Positions 26,609 through 35,584 of a stretch of DNA of 43,288 nt are shown here, piece by piece. A program made the translations under genes and the position numbers. Origin of the DNA: Candidatus Micrarchaeota archaeon (lineage in GTDB: Archaea; Micrarchaeota; Micrarchaeia; Micrarchaeales; CABMGC01); assembly GCA_028867115.1 (NCBI GenBank), contig JAGWGY010000003.1:1-43288 (forward strand), in the 5' to 3' direction. Positions within the stretch are counted from its first letter, which is position 1; each line of letters opens with the position of its first letter. The notes beneath the pieces are model-generated. The model searched no databases. It was given only the letters and a program-made list of their open reading frames with translations, and was not told where the DNA came from.

Positions 26609-27558
26609 ATCAGATTCGCATTCTTTAGCGCCTTGAAGTTGTTCCTTATTGTTATCCCGGTCACGCGCGCGGCAGCAGCAATGTCGTATTGGTGCACCTT
26701 CTCCCCGTTCCTGATGCATGATGCGAAGAGCGCTGCTGCAACTATGCGCACCTGGAACTTGCCCTCGAAGTCAATGTGCCCCTCGGTCTTTCTGACTATC
26801 TCCAGGGCATCGCGCTGCGATTTCTGGCTTGCGCCTACCGCACTGCCTATCTTTGAGACGTAGTGTGATGCCTTTGGCAGGCTCGGCAGCTTGACCTTGT
26901 GTTTTGGGGCAGGGCGGTTTTGGGCGTACCCCTCCATCCCCTCGGTCAGTTGCCTGAAGGCAGGCCTGATTCGCTTTTCCTTAATCCCGGACACATTGCT
27001 TACCTCCTTGAGCGTCCTATTGATCCCCATCTCCCTGCACGCAAAGTAGATTGATGCGGCTACAAGCACCTCTGGCCCCCGGCCTTTTGTCAATCCGAGC
27101 TCCCTTGCCTGCCTGAATAGGTACTGCACCCTATCGATTGCAGCCTGGTTGAGGTCCAGCTTTGTGCACCAGCCCTCTATGATTGGCGCAACCTTCCCGA
27201 GTGTGACTTCTGTGTAATTTCCCCGAGCGCGCCTGTTCGCAAGGCGCAGCCTCTTCGCGTGCTCTGCCGCTGCGCCGTAAATTGGCTTTTGGGAGAAGTC
27301 CTTGTTCCTCCCGTCTATGACAACGCTGCTCCCGAACGGGAGCTTGATGCTGTTGTGCTGCTCGGAAGGCTCCGCCTCAAGGCGGTTCTCGTGCGTCCTC
27401 TCCGTGGTTACAAGCCCGCACCCTGTGCAGACGATCTCGCCGCGCTCTGAGTCCTCGCACAGCGGCCCTTTGCACCTCGGGCATGAGGTGCGCAGCGAAT
27501 TCTGGAGCGATTCCTTCAGGGTTTCCTGGTTTCCCATACAAGCAGTTTTAATCGGCAT
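26605..27558 (-). CDS. tfb: Divergent transcription initiation factor IIB (TFB) paralog
   Basis: CPRC...GEIVCTGCGLV zinc ribbon, two cyclin repeats (KGR...AASIYFACR; VTGITIRN). Confidence 0.88.
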   Translation of the reverse strand: MPIKTACMGNQETLKESLQNSLRTSCPRCKGPLCEDSERGEIVCTGCGLVTTERTHENRLEAEPSEQHNSIKLPFGSSVVIDGRNKDFSQKPIYGAAAEHAKRLRLANRRARGNYTEVTLGKVAPIIEGWCTKLDLNQAAIDRVQYLFRQARELGLTKGRGPEVLVAASIYFACREMGINRTLKEVSNVSGIKEKRIRPAFRQLTEGMEGYAQNRPAPKHKVKLPSLPKASHYVSKIGSAVGASQKSQRDALEIVRKTEGHIDFEGKFQVRIVAAALFASCIRNGEKVHQYDIAAAARVTGITIRNNFKALKNANLI

Positions 27559-27692
27559 TTTGCCATATTTAACTATAGCATACAGGTTTGTACGCGCCTG
27601 CAGCCCTGCATAGTTTAAATACCTATTGCACCAATGTATATTGCTAAAGCTACTATTAGTTTTTTAATAGTGATTAAGTATAGTAATAGCGT

Positions 27693-27806
27693 GCCAGGGT
27701 GGCGGAATCCGGTAACGCGTGCGCCTGGAAATTTATTTCCCGTGAGCGCATGGCCGCAAGGCCTTTTGGGTTCAAATGCAACATGCTGAAAATCCCAACC
27801 CTGGCG
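27693..27806 (+). tRNA. tRNA-Ser(GGA) with two introns (37/38: 27731-27744; 59/60: 27777-27792)
   Basis: GCCAGGG/CCCTGGC acceptor; TGCGC-CTGGAA[14 nt]A-GCGCA; variable arm GGCCGCAAGGCC; TTGGG-TTCAAA[16 nt]T-CCCAA with a perfect BHB. Confidence 0.9.
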
Positions 27807-27819
27807 TATGGTTGTTTTG

Positions 27820-28359
27820 ATGGCAGAAGAGAAGCGAGAAAAGCAGCAGGGGCATTCCCCCCAGCAGAAGAGCGAGCAGAGCATAATTCGAATCGCAGGC
27901 AAGGACATCAACGGCAGCTTCGCGATCCCAAAGGCGCTAAACCAGGTCAAGGGGCTGGGAATGAACATATCGCACTCGATGGCCCTCATAATAGAGCGCG
28001 AGTTCCAGATACCGATGGGCACAGAGATAGGCTCGCTCAGCGACGAGCAGATTGAGAAGGTGGAGACGGTCATAAAGGAGCCATCAAAGTTCGGGATACC
28101 GACGTACCTTCTCAACAGGCAGCGCGACAAGGATACTAATACAAACATGCACCTAACCGGCAGCGACCTTATCGTCCGCGGCAAGCAGGACATCGAGGCG
28201 GACATAAGAGTGCAGTCGTGGAGGGGCTTTAGGCACCAGTACGGCCAGAAGGTGCGCGGACAGAGGACAAGGTCGACAGGCAGGACCGGAGAGACGATCG
28301 GAGTCATGAAGAAGAGCGCCCAGCCTGCCGCTGCGCCTGCAAAAGAAGAGAAGAAGTGA
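27820..28359 (+). CDS. rps13: 30S ribosomal protein uS13
   Basis: IIRIAGKDING, SWRGFRH..GQKVRGQRTRSTGR; alternative ATG at 27808. Confidence 0.97.
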   Translation: MAEEKREKQQGHSPQQKSEQSIIRIAGKDINGSFAIPKALNQVKGLGMNISHSMALIIEREFQIPMGTEIGSLSDEQIEKVETVIKEPSKFGIPTYLLNRQRDKDTNTNMHLTGSDLIVRGKQDIEADIRVQSWRGFRHQYGQKVRGQRTRSTGRTGETIGVMKKSAQPAAAPAKEEKK

Positions 28360-28363
28360 TTGA

Positions 28364-28924
28364 ATGGGAGCACCTAAGAAGTTCAGGAAGACGTACGAGC
28401 GCCCGGGATTCATGTGGGAGAAGCAGAGGATCGACGAGGAGCACAAGCTCAAGGAGCGATTCGGCCTGCGAAACCTCAAGGAGGTCTGGATAGCCGCTTC
28501 AGAGCTGAGAAGGATCAGGAGAAATGTAAGAGAGGTGCTTTCGGGAAGGTCTGATGAGGCAATAGGAAAGCAGATCATAGCAAGGCTTGCAAAGTACGGG
28601 ATTGTAAGCGAGAGCGCAACGCTTGACGACCTTCTTATAATCAACATCGATACGATACTCAACCGAAGGCTGCAGACCGTTGTGATGAACAAGGGTCTTT
28701 CGAAGACGGCAAAGCAGGCGAGGCAGCTGATAACCCACGGATTCATAGCGATAAACGGGAGGAGGATTACATCCCCTGGATACATAGTCCCGACAAACGA
28801 GGAGAACAAGATAGCATACTACAAGCAGATTGACATCAACCCAAAGACCGTAGTTAGCGCAACGCAGATAACAGCGCCTGCTGCAGCGGAGGGCGCGTCA
28901 GAAGCAGCAGTTGAACAGAAGTGA
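28364..28924 (+). CDS. rps4: 30S ribosomal protein uS4
   Basis: [38 protein letters not shown]. Confidence 0.97.
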   Translation: MGAPKKFRKTYERPGFMWEKQRIDEEHKLKERFGLRNLKEVWIAASELRRIRRNVREVLSGRSDEAIGKQIIARLAKYGIVSESATLDDLLIINIDTILNRRLQTVVMNKGLSKTAKQARQLITHGFIAINGRRITSPGYIVPTNEENKIAYYKQIDINPKTVVSATQITAPAAAEGASEAAVEQK

Positions 28925-28928
28925 GTAT

Positions 28929-29441
28929 ATGCCACCAAAGGGAAAAGCAGACAAGAACGTGAAGACCAACGAGCAGACGAAGGCAAAGTCGACGAAGAAG
29001 AGCGAGCTTTCGCTTGAGAGCGAGGTCCAGGCAGCTGCGCAGAAGTTCAAGCCAAAGGGCACGAGATGGGGAGTAGCCCACATTTACGCTTCAAAGAACG
29101 ACACAATCATAACTCTGACAGACCTCTCAGGGGCAGAGACCCTCGCAATCGGAAGCGGCGGAATGGTTGTCGACAACGACCACGAGGAGGGAATGCCGTA
29201 CGCTGCGATGCAGGCTGCATACAAGGTCGCGACCAAGGCGATCGAGAAGGGAGTCACTCATATTAACATAAAGATCAGGGCGCCAGGAGGCCACGGCACC
29301 AAGACGCCAGGGCAGGGAGCCCAGGCTGTCGTCAGGGCCCTGGCAAGGTCCGGCTTCAGGATCGGAAGCATAGAGGACGTAACCCCGATACCTACTGATT
29401 CTACAAAGAGGCCCGGCGGAAGGAGAGGACGAAGAGTGTAG
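28929..29441 (+). CDS. rps11: 30S ribosomal protein uS11 (N-terminal extension)
   Basis: [39 protein letters not shown]. Confidence 0.97.
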   Translation: MPPKGKADKNVKTNEQTKAKSTKKSELSLESEVQAAAQKFKPKGTRWGVAHIYASKNDTIITLTDLSGAETLAIGSGGMVVDNDHEEGMPYAAMQAAYKVATKAIEKGVTHINIKIRAPGGHGTKTPGQGAQAVVRALARSGFRIGSIEDVTPIPTDSTKRPGGRRGRRV

Positions 29442-29443
29442 AG

Positions 29444-30400
29444 ATGCTTGGCCTACTTACAAGGAGGCAGGAAGCAGAACTAATAACCTCTTTGCAGGGA
29501 AGGGGAGAGATACCGTTCAAATTCGAGTACCTCGGGGAGGGAGCAAATAACTGGGACAAGATAGCAAGGGCGAGGGCAAAAACCCCGGACAATATCAACT
29601 CCCTGGAAGCAGAACTATTGGAAAAGAGGATGTCGGATTTTCTTAAAGCGTTTTCTAACGTTAAAAAATTGAATTTGATAGACATAGGATGCGGCAATGG
29701 CATCCCGATATTTCCAGTAATGGATGAATTAAGACGAAGGAAAATATCATTTAGGTACGTGCCGCTGGACATAAGCAAGGAGATGCTTGATCTTGCCGTG
29801 CGCAATGTTACAAAAAGATACGGCAGGGTGGAATCTAAGCCGCTCCTTATTGATTTTGAGCAGGGAAATTTTTCTGACATAGCATATGAACTAAAGGACG
29901 ATGGGTCATCGAACCTGTTTTTGTTTTTGGGAAGCACTATCGGAAACCAAAGTGATATGGGAAGAGTCCTGACAAACTTCCGGGACTCCATGTCCTCGGA
30001 CGATTTCCTTATAATAGGGGTAGAATTAACGAATCTGGCTAGGATTGATAAAATTCTTTCGCATTATCACGGCAAATTGGTTGACGACCTTGTTTACTAT
30101 GTCCCGGAGTCGATAGGGATAAGCAGGAAGGAAACAAAAACTAGCGTCACCTGGAATGAAATTAAAAGCCAGGTGGAACTAAGGATAATTTTAGACCGAG
30201 ACATGGAGGTAAAGATAGGGAAAAACAGGATGCATTTCGAAAAGGGAGAGCAGATATTTACCCTCAGGTCGATAAAATTCACTTCGTGGACCCTAACTAA
30301 ACTTCTATCTGACACCGGTTTTAGGACTGAGATGCTCGTTGGGGACAGGAAAAACTCGTACAGCTTATCGATGGTCCAACCGACAAGGTATACAATATAG
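29444..30400 (+). CDS. EgtD-like (Methyltransf_33) SAM-dependent methyltransferase
   Basis: IPFKFEY, IDIGCGNG, YVPLDIS, LFLFLGSTIGN, FLIIGVEL, SIKFT; visibly AT-richer than flanks. Confidence 0.8.
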   Translation: MLGLLTRRQEAELITSLQGRGEIPFKFEYLGEGANNWDKIARARAKTPDNINSLEAELLEKRMSDFLKAFSNVKKLNLIDIGCGNGIPIFPVMDELRRRKISFRYVPLDISKEMLDLAVRNVTKRYGRVESKPLLIDFEQGNFSDIAYELKDDGSSNLFLFLGSTIGNQSDMGRVLTNFRDSMSSDDFLIIGVELTNLARIDKILSHYHGKLVDDLVYYVPESIGISRKETKTSVTWNEIKSQVELRIILDRDMEVKIGKNRMHFEKGEQIFTLRSIKFTSWTLTKLLSDTGFRTEMLVGDRKNSYSLSMVQPTRYTI

Positions 30401-30418
30401 CCATAGGAGAAGCTTATT

Positions 30419-31351
30419 TTAAGGCAGTATTTCTACAAGCAAGTATATTGCGATAAGCACTGCGGGCACGCTCAGGTTGTCATCGGTCTTTATCGGCAGG
30501 CTCTCGACAAGTGTCGCAATGATGGCGATCGGGACGGCAACTATCCCATATAGCAAATACGGGAGCACCATAACAGCGGCAAAGTATGCGATAGACCCTG
30601 CAAGGCTCTTCTTCTTGTTGTAAGGCAGCTTTATCCCATTCCAGCGCATTCCGATTATTGTCGCAAGCGCATCCCCTATGAATATCGCCGAGATTACTAT
30701 CATTATGTATTTTGCATCGAACACGAATGAGAACGCAAGCAGTGTTCCTATGGCAAGCATCGATGCCCCTTCGCCAAATTTTGTATACTTGCGCTCCATG
30801 GCAAACAGGTACCTGCCTACTCTGCCGTCCTTTCTGGTATTGGCGTAATTTGCCACTAGATACCCGAGAAGTATCAGCAGTATGACCGCAAGTTCGGGCC
30901 TTGAGATGTTGAAGAAATGCAGCATCCCTATTATCAGGATGCCGAAACCTATCTGCACAAGGTCGCGCCTTGTCTCGACCTTCTTATTCGCGACATTATG
31001 CTGCTTGAGTCCGATTAGGTTGACCTCCGCTAGCAGCCCAAGAAGTATCGCCTGCGCTATAAGATGCGTGTGCATTGCCTGTGAGGCTATTATTATGAAC
31101 ACTATCCCGGTCGCGGACAAAACAACGGCAGACTTAGAGCCGAACGTGTGGGCCATAAGGTCGAAGAGGATAAGTATTGAGATGAAGAGCATAAGGTTTG
31201 CGCCCTGGTAAATCGCCAGGATTATGCCAATTATCAGGAATACTGCAAGCTGCGCAAGCTTCGATGGCTTGTCGTTCACCGCCACCCTGTAGAGCAGTAG
31301 TGTGAATGATATTATGTAGATGAATGGCAGTAGGGGATGTAGGTCGATCAT
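30419..31351 (-). CDS. Dolichol/phytol kinase-like (CTP-dependent) membrane protein
   Basis: ETRRDLVQI, IGDALATIIG, KKSLAGS, DDNLSVP; real start likely ATG 31351, since the longer track ORF overlaps leuA. Confidence 0.8.
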   Translation of the reverse strand: MIDLHPLLPFIYIISFTLLLYRVAVNDKPSKLAQLAVFLIIGIILAIYQGANLMLFISILILFDLMAHTFGSKSAVVLSATGIVFIIIASQAMHTHLIAQAILLGLLAEVNLIGLKQHNVANKKVETRRDLVQIGFGILIIGMLHFFNISRPELAVILLILLGYLVANYANTRKDGRVGRYLFAMERKYTKFGEGASMLAIGTLLAFSFVFDAKYIMIVISAIFIGDALATIIGMRWNGIKLPYNKKKSLAGSIAYFAAVMVLPYLLYGIVAVPIAIIATLVESLPIKTDDNLSVPAVLIAIYLLVEILP

Positions 31352-31442
31352 GTTGCTGCACGGGACATTTGGATTTTGTAAAAAATTGGTACAGAACCTA
31401 TTTAACCATGCTAGAGCCGAATAGCAAACCATAGTTGCTAGC

Positions 31443-32954
31443 ATGAAGGTTCGAATTTTTGACACCACGCTTAGGGACGGCGAGCAGACGCCCGGTGTTG
31501 CACTTCGGCCAGAGCAGAAACTTGCCATAGCAAAGAAGCTCGACGAACTCGGAGTTGATGCCATAGAGGCGGGCTTTCCGGTGATCACGCAGGGAGAGAT
31601 GGAGGGAGTGAAGATTATTGGCAGGGAGGGGCTGCGCGCAGAGATATGCGGGCTTGCAAGGGCGGAGAAGAAGGACATCGATGCTGTTGCGGATGCTGGG
31701 CTCTCCTACGTGCATACCTTCATCGCCACATCAGACATCCATCTCAAGTACAAGCTTAACATGACTAGGGATGAGGCGCTTGCGCGCGCAGTCGAGGCGG
31801 TTGAGTACGCAAAGGGAAGGGGGCTGCAGGTAGAGTTCTCTGCTGAAGACGCGACAAGGACGGAAAGGTCCTTCCTCACCAAGGTATTTAGGGCGGTAAA
31901 ATCAGCTGGCGCAGACAGACTAGACATACCGGACACCGTAGGTTATTCAACCCCTTCCTACATCGCACAGATAACCAGGGAGGCGGTTGTGGCTACTGGG
32001 CTCCCTGTTAGCGTACACTGCCATAACGACTTCGGGCTTGCGGTTGCAAATGCGATCTCAGGGATACAGGCAGGGGCGCAATGCGCGCACGTCACGGTAA
32101 ACGGGATAGGTGAGAGGGCAGGGAATGCCTCGATTGAGGAGCTGGTGATGGCGCTGCAAAAACTCGATTTCGGCGGCACAAAGTACGAGACCAACATAAA
32201 CACGAGGCTGTTTTATGCGACATCGAAGTTTGTATCAGGGATAGTCGGGATAAACGTTCAACCGAACAAGGCAATCGTAGGGGAGAATGCATTCAGGCAC
32301 GAATCAGGGATCCACACCCACGGAGTGCTGAACAATCCGCTCACATACGAGCCGATAGGCCCGGAGGAGGTCGGGCAGCATACCTCGATTGAGGCGGGCA
32401 AGCATGCGGGAATGCACGGCATAGCGGCGATGCTTGAGGAGTACGGGATAAAGCCAGGAAAGGACCAGATGCGCAGCATACTCGATAGGGTGAAGGAGGC
32501 AGGGGACAGGGGGAGGCGGATCTCTGAGGTCGAGCTTCTCTCCTTTGCCGGAGAGGTGATGCGCCTTGAGAACCTCAAGAGGTTCGTCCACCTTACCGGC
32601 TTTTCGGTTTCAACAGGGGTGGGCAACATGCCTTACGCGTTCGTCAAGCTTGATGTTGACGGAAAGGAGCTGATAGGAACTGACTACGGGGTTGGGCCAG
32701 TCGATGCCTCGCTCAAGGCGATACAGAAGGCAACAGGGTCTGTAGAGCAGATGCTGATCAGGGACTACAAGCTTGACTCGATTTCGGGCGGGTCTGACGC
32801 CCTGTGCGAGGTCACCATAGACATAGAGGACTGCGCAGGCACAGGAGCTTCTGCAAAGGCGGTGGGCGAGGACATCGTCATAACCAGCGTCCAGGCGATG
32901 ATCGAGGGGATGAACAGGCTGATGCTTAAGAAATCGCTTAAGAGGAATGTTTAG
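31443..32954 (+). CDS. 2-isopropylmalate synthase / citramalate synthase (LeuA/CimA family)
   Basis: DTTLRDGEQ, HCHNDFG, GIGERAGNA, HESGIH, C-terminal regulatory domain (GVGPVDA). Confidence 0.92.
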   Translation: MKVRIFDTTLRDGEQTPGVALRPEQKLAIAKKLDELGVDAIEAGFPVITQGEMEGVKIIGREGLRAEICGLARAEKKDIDAVADAGLSYVHTFIATSDIHLKYKLNMTRDEALARAVEAVEYAKGRGLQVEFSAEDATRTERSFLTKVFRAVKSAGADRLDIPDTVGYSTPSYIAQITREAVVATGLPVSVHCHNDFGLAVANAISGIQAGAQCAHVTVNGIGERAGNASIEELVMALQKLDFGGTKYETNINTRLFYATSKFVSGIVGINVQPNKAIVGENAFRHESGIHTHGVLNNPLTYEPIGPEEVGQHTSIEAGKHAGMHGIAAMLEEYGIKPGKDQMRSILDRVKEAGDRGRRISEVELLSFAGEVMRLENLKRFVHLTGFSVSTGVGNMPYAFVKLDVDGKELIGTDYGVGPVDASLKAIQKATGSVEQMLIRDYKLDSISGGSDALCEVTIDIEDCAGTGASAKAVGEDIVITSVQAMIEGMNRLMLKKSLKRNV

Positions 32955-34795
32955 GCTGCGTAGATTATCCATGCGGCGATTATGAATCCTGCCGCAATCA
33001 CAAAAGGGGCGACGTGCTTTACCGTCCTTATTACTTCCTTGCTTGCTTTTGTGATGTCGCGCTCTGCGTTCTCCCCCCAGACCCTAAAGCCCTTCAGCAC
33101 GAAGCTGCTGCTCGCGACGTCCACGTCCTCCATGTTGTTCATCGCCACCCCGACAAGCGCGTCCACTATTGGGATGAGCTTACCGATCTGGGTCTCCCTC
33201 CCAAGCACATTGCTGCTGGGCAGAGCAAGGGAGTTTACCGAATGGGTGTCTGTCGTGTATACTTCCAGGTCTATTCGGTACTTCCTGCGCACGTGGGATA
33301 TTATCTCCTCCCTCACCCTAGGGAGCATGTTGTTGGAATCGAAATAGAGCATGCCGAACTTGCGCTTCCCGAACTGGAAGATGCAGAAGCTGGTGTAGCC
33401 CTTGCCTATGTCCTTCGGATTGTTCAGAAGGTTGGATATCTTCTGCTGTGAGGAGCCGAATTTCATCTTTGCAAGGCCGTTGCCCTTCATTGATTTCTTT
33501 ATCGCCTTGTCGTACATCTCAGCGTACTTGCTCCCGTAGTACACCCCTTTTAGCTCCTCCTCCGCAGCAGCCTCGCTCCTCGAGTTGTGGGCGTCTATTA
33601 TTATCGCGTTGCTCGCGTGCTTGAGGGCTATCTGCTTGAAGCTGAGCCCTATCTCGTAGTCTATGTCCTCTGTCACAAGAGGCGCCTTTGTTAGCGAGAC
33701 GATGCTGCAGTCGTTTACTTTCAGATTTATCGCATTGCACGGCCCGTTCTGCCCCCTGATCACCGTGCCGATGGCCGGCTTGTACTGGCTCAGCTTTATC
33801 GAATCTATGTGGGAGGCCATGCTCTTTGCCAGGTTGTAGACCTGCGAGCTGCTGACCGGATTGTTTGCTATGTTGACTGGCCCGTGCAGGATGAAGGTCG
33901 TGGCGCTGTATTTCCTGTGCAGGAAATCGCCGATATACTCCGTTGCTATCCCGCCGCCAAGCCCTGCAAAAGGCCCGTAGTGGATGTCGGGCTTTACGAA
34001 TATCGCCTTCATCTTCCCCTTCTTGTTTCTGACCAGCATCATGTCCGTTGAGATGTCCCTCCTCACCCCAAATGAGAGGTTTTGGGCATCGTCAGGGACG
34101 AAGTTGTACAGCCACTGGTTCACCATTATGGTGAATACGCTCACGCCGCTGACGTTCGCCGCCTCCTTGAGCGGGCGATCCACCATGTATAGGAAGATGT
34201 ATCCCACCGCAAGGAAGATTATCATCCCCGCATAGAGCTTGATGAATGCAATTGTTAGCGGGAGCGCGAGGCTGTGGATATAGCTGCCCAGGGGGATGTA
34301 GAGAAGTATGTTGAGAGTCGGCTGCAGCCCTGCTATTATGTTGCCTCCGCGCTTCTGTTGTATCAGGAATTTGCCCACAACGAGCCAGTACCCGTAGATG
34401 CTCGCGTTGCCGAGTATTAGGATCATGTAAGTAAGGACGTTGCTGCCGAATATGACAAACAGCGCGCTGCTTATCAGCAAGAAGAGCGAGTAGAACCCTG
34501 TGATTACTATTGTCGCATACATCAGATGCTTGAGCTGTATCTTCCTCTTCATCGCCTTTATCATGACGATTGTTAGCAGCGCTGGGAAGCTGATCACCAG
34601 CAGTCCTGAGCTTGCGCCGTAGAACGCGAGGGAGAGAAGGTCCTGGAGGAAGCTGTGGTAGTGTATTATGATCGAGGAGAGCGCCCCGATTATCGCGCCA
34701 AGCGCAAGCAGTACCGTCAGCTGGACGTTGAGCGATGGGGCGGTCTTGGAGAAGTAGTTAGTGTACTTGAATAAATCCCGTTTTTCATCAGGCAT
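32951..34795 (-). CDS. DUF2070 family membrane protein (predicted neutral-ceramidase-like lipid hydrolase)
   Basis: N-terminal TMs; IHYGPF, IDAHNS, FDSNNM, TTDTHSVN. Confidence 0.8.
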   Translation of the reverse strand: MPDEKRDLFKYTNYFSKTAPSLNVQLTVLLALGAIIGALSSIIIHYHSFLQDLLSLAFYGASSGLLVISFPALLTIVMIKAMKRKIQLKHLMYATIVITGFYSLFLLISSALFVIFGSNVLTYMILILGNASIYGYWLVVGKFLIQQKRGGNIIAGLQPTLNILLYIPLGSYIHSLALPLTIAFIKLYAGMIIFLAVGYIFLYMVDRPLKEAANVSGVSVFTIMVNQWLYNFVPDDAQNLSFGVRRDISTDMMLVRNKKGKMKAIFVKPDIHYGPFAGLGGGIATEYIGDFLHRKYSATTFILHGPVNIANNPVSSSQVYNLAKSMASHIDSIKLSQYKPAIGTVIRGQNGPCNAINLKVNDCSIVSLTKAPLVTEDIDYEIGLSFKQIALKHASNAIIIDAHNSRSEAAAEEELKGVYYGSKYAEMYDKAIKKSMKGNGLAKMKFGSSQQKISNLLNNPKDIGKGYTSFCIFQFGKRKFGMLYFDSNNMLPRVREEIISHVRRKYRIDLEVYTTDTHSVNSLALPSSNVLGRETQIGKLIPIVDALVGVAMNNMEDVDVASSSFVLKGFRVWGENAERDITKASKEVIRTVKHVAPFVIAAGFIIAAWIIYAA

Positions 34796-34805
34796 GAAAA
34801 CACTA

Positions 34806-35513
34806 TCACGTTCCGAATCTCCTGCTCCTCCTGCTGTACTCCGAGAGCGCCTTCCTCAGATCCTGCTTTGAGAAATCTGGCCAGAGCTTGTTTGTGAAGT
34901 AGAGTTCCGAATAGCTAATCTGCCACGGGAGGAATCCCGACACCCTCTCCTCGTTTGATGTCCTTATCACGAAGTCGATCTCGGGCACCGCATAGGAGCG
35001 AAGGTACTGCTTGAAGCTCTCATCGGTAAGAGTGAACACCTTTCCGACCTTTATCACGGACCTTGCATACTCCTTTGCAGCGTGCAGGATGTCCTCCTTG
35101 CCTCCATATCCTATCAGCATGTTTATTACGCGGTCCTTATACCCGCTCGTCTGCTTCTCTATCCTTCCGAGCGATTCCCTAAGGTCCTTTGGGAGCATGC
35201 TCTTATCGCCAACCACGTTGAACCTAGTGCGGTTCTTGTGAAGCCTTGCAAGAAGCTTTGGGTCGTTTGCAGCCTTCTTGTAGATCCCGAACAGCGTCTC
35301 GACCTCGTGCCTCGGCCTCTTGAAGTTCTCGGTGGAGAACGCCCAGACGGTGATGTTGCGCACCCCGTAGTCGCGGCACCACTCGCTGAAGTCTATGAAC
35401 TTATTGACTCCGAGCTGGTAGCCGCTGAGTATTGAGAGCTTGTGCCCCTGCGCCCAGCGCCTGTTTCCATCAGGAATCAGCGCTATCGCCTTCGGGACAT
35501 TCTTTATTGGCAT
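34806..35513 (-). CDS. uppS: cis-prenyltransferase (undecaprenyl/polyprenyl diphosphate synthase)
   Basis: IPDGNRRWA, FSTENFKR, IRTSNEERVSGFLPWQ, LWPDF. Confidence 0.96.
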   Translation of the reverse strand: MPIKNVPKAIALIPDGNRRWAQGHKLSILSGYQLGVNKFIDFSEWCRDYGVRNITVWAFSTENFKRPRHEVETLFGIYKKAANDPKLLARLHKNRTRFNVVGDKSMLPKDLRESLGRIEKQTSGYKDRVINMLIGYGGKEDILHAAKEYARSVIKVGKVFTLTDESFKQYLRSYAVPEIDFVIRTSNEERVSGFLPWQISYSELYFTNKLWPDFSKQDLRKALSEYSRRSRRFGT

Positions 35514-35584
35514 AGTGTATCATCTAGGGCTATGATTTATTAAAAACCCACTATATAAGAATGGAATTAAAGCTATAAATATTA

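Noticed and set aside
27615-28373. ORFs spanning tRNA-Ser and rps13
   Set aside because: Overlap a well-formed tRNA and a ribosomal protein gene
31352-31678. N-terminal extension of the 419-aa kinase-like ORF
   Set aside because: Overlaps leuA on the opposite strand and the shared promoter; ATG 31351 fits better
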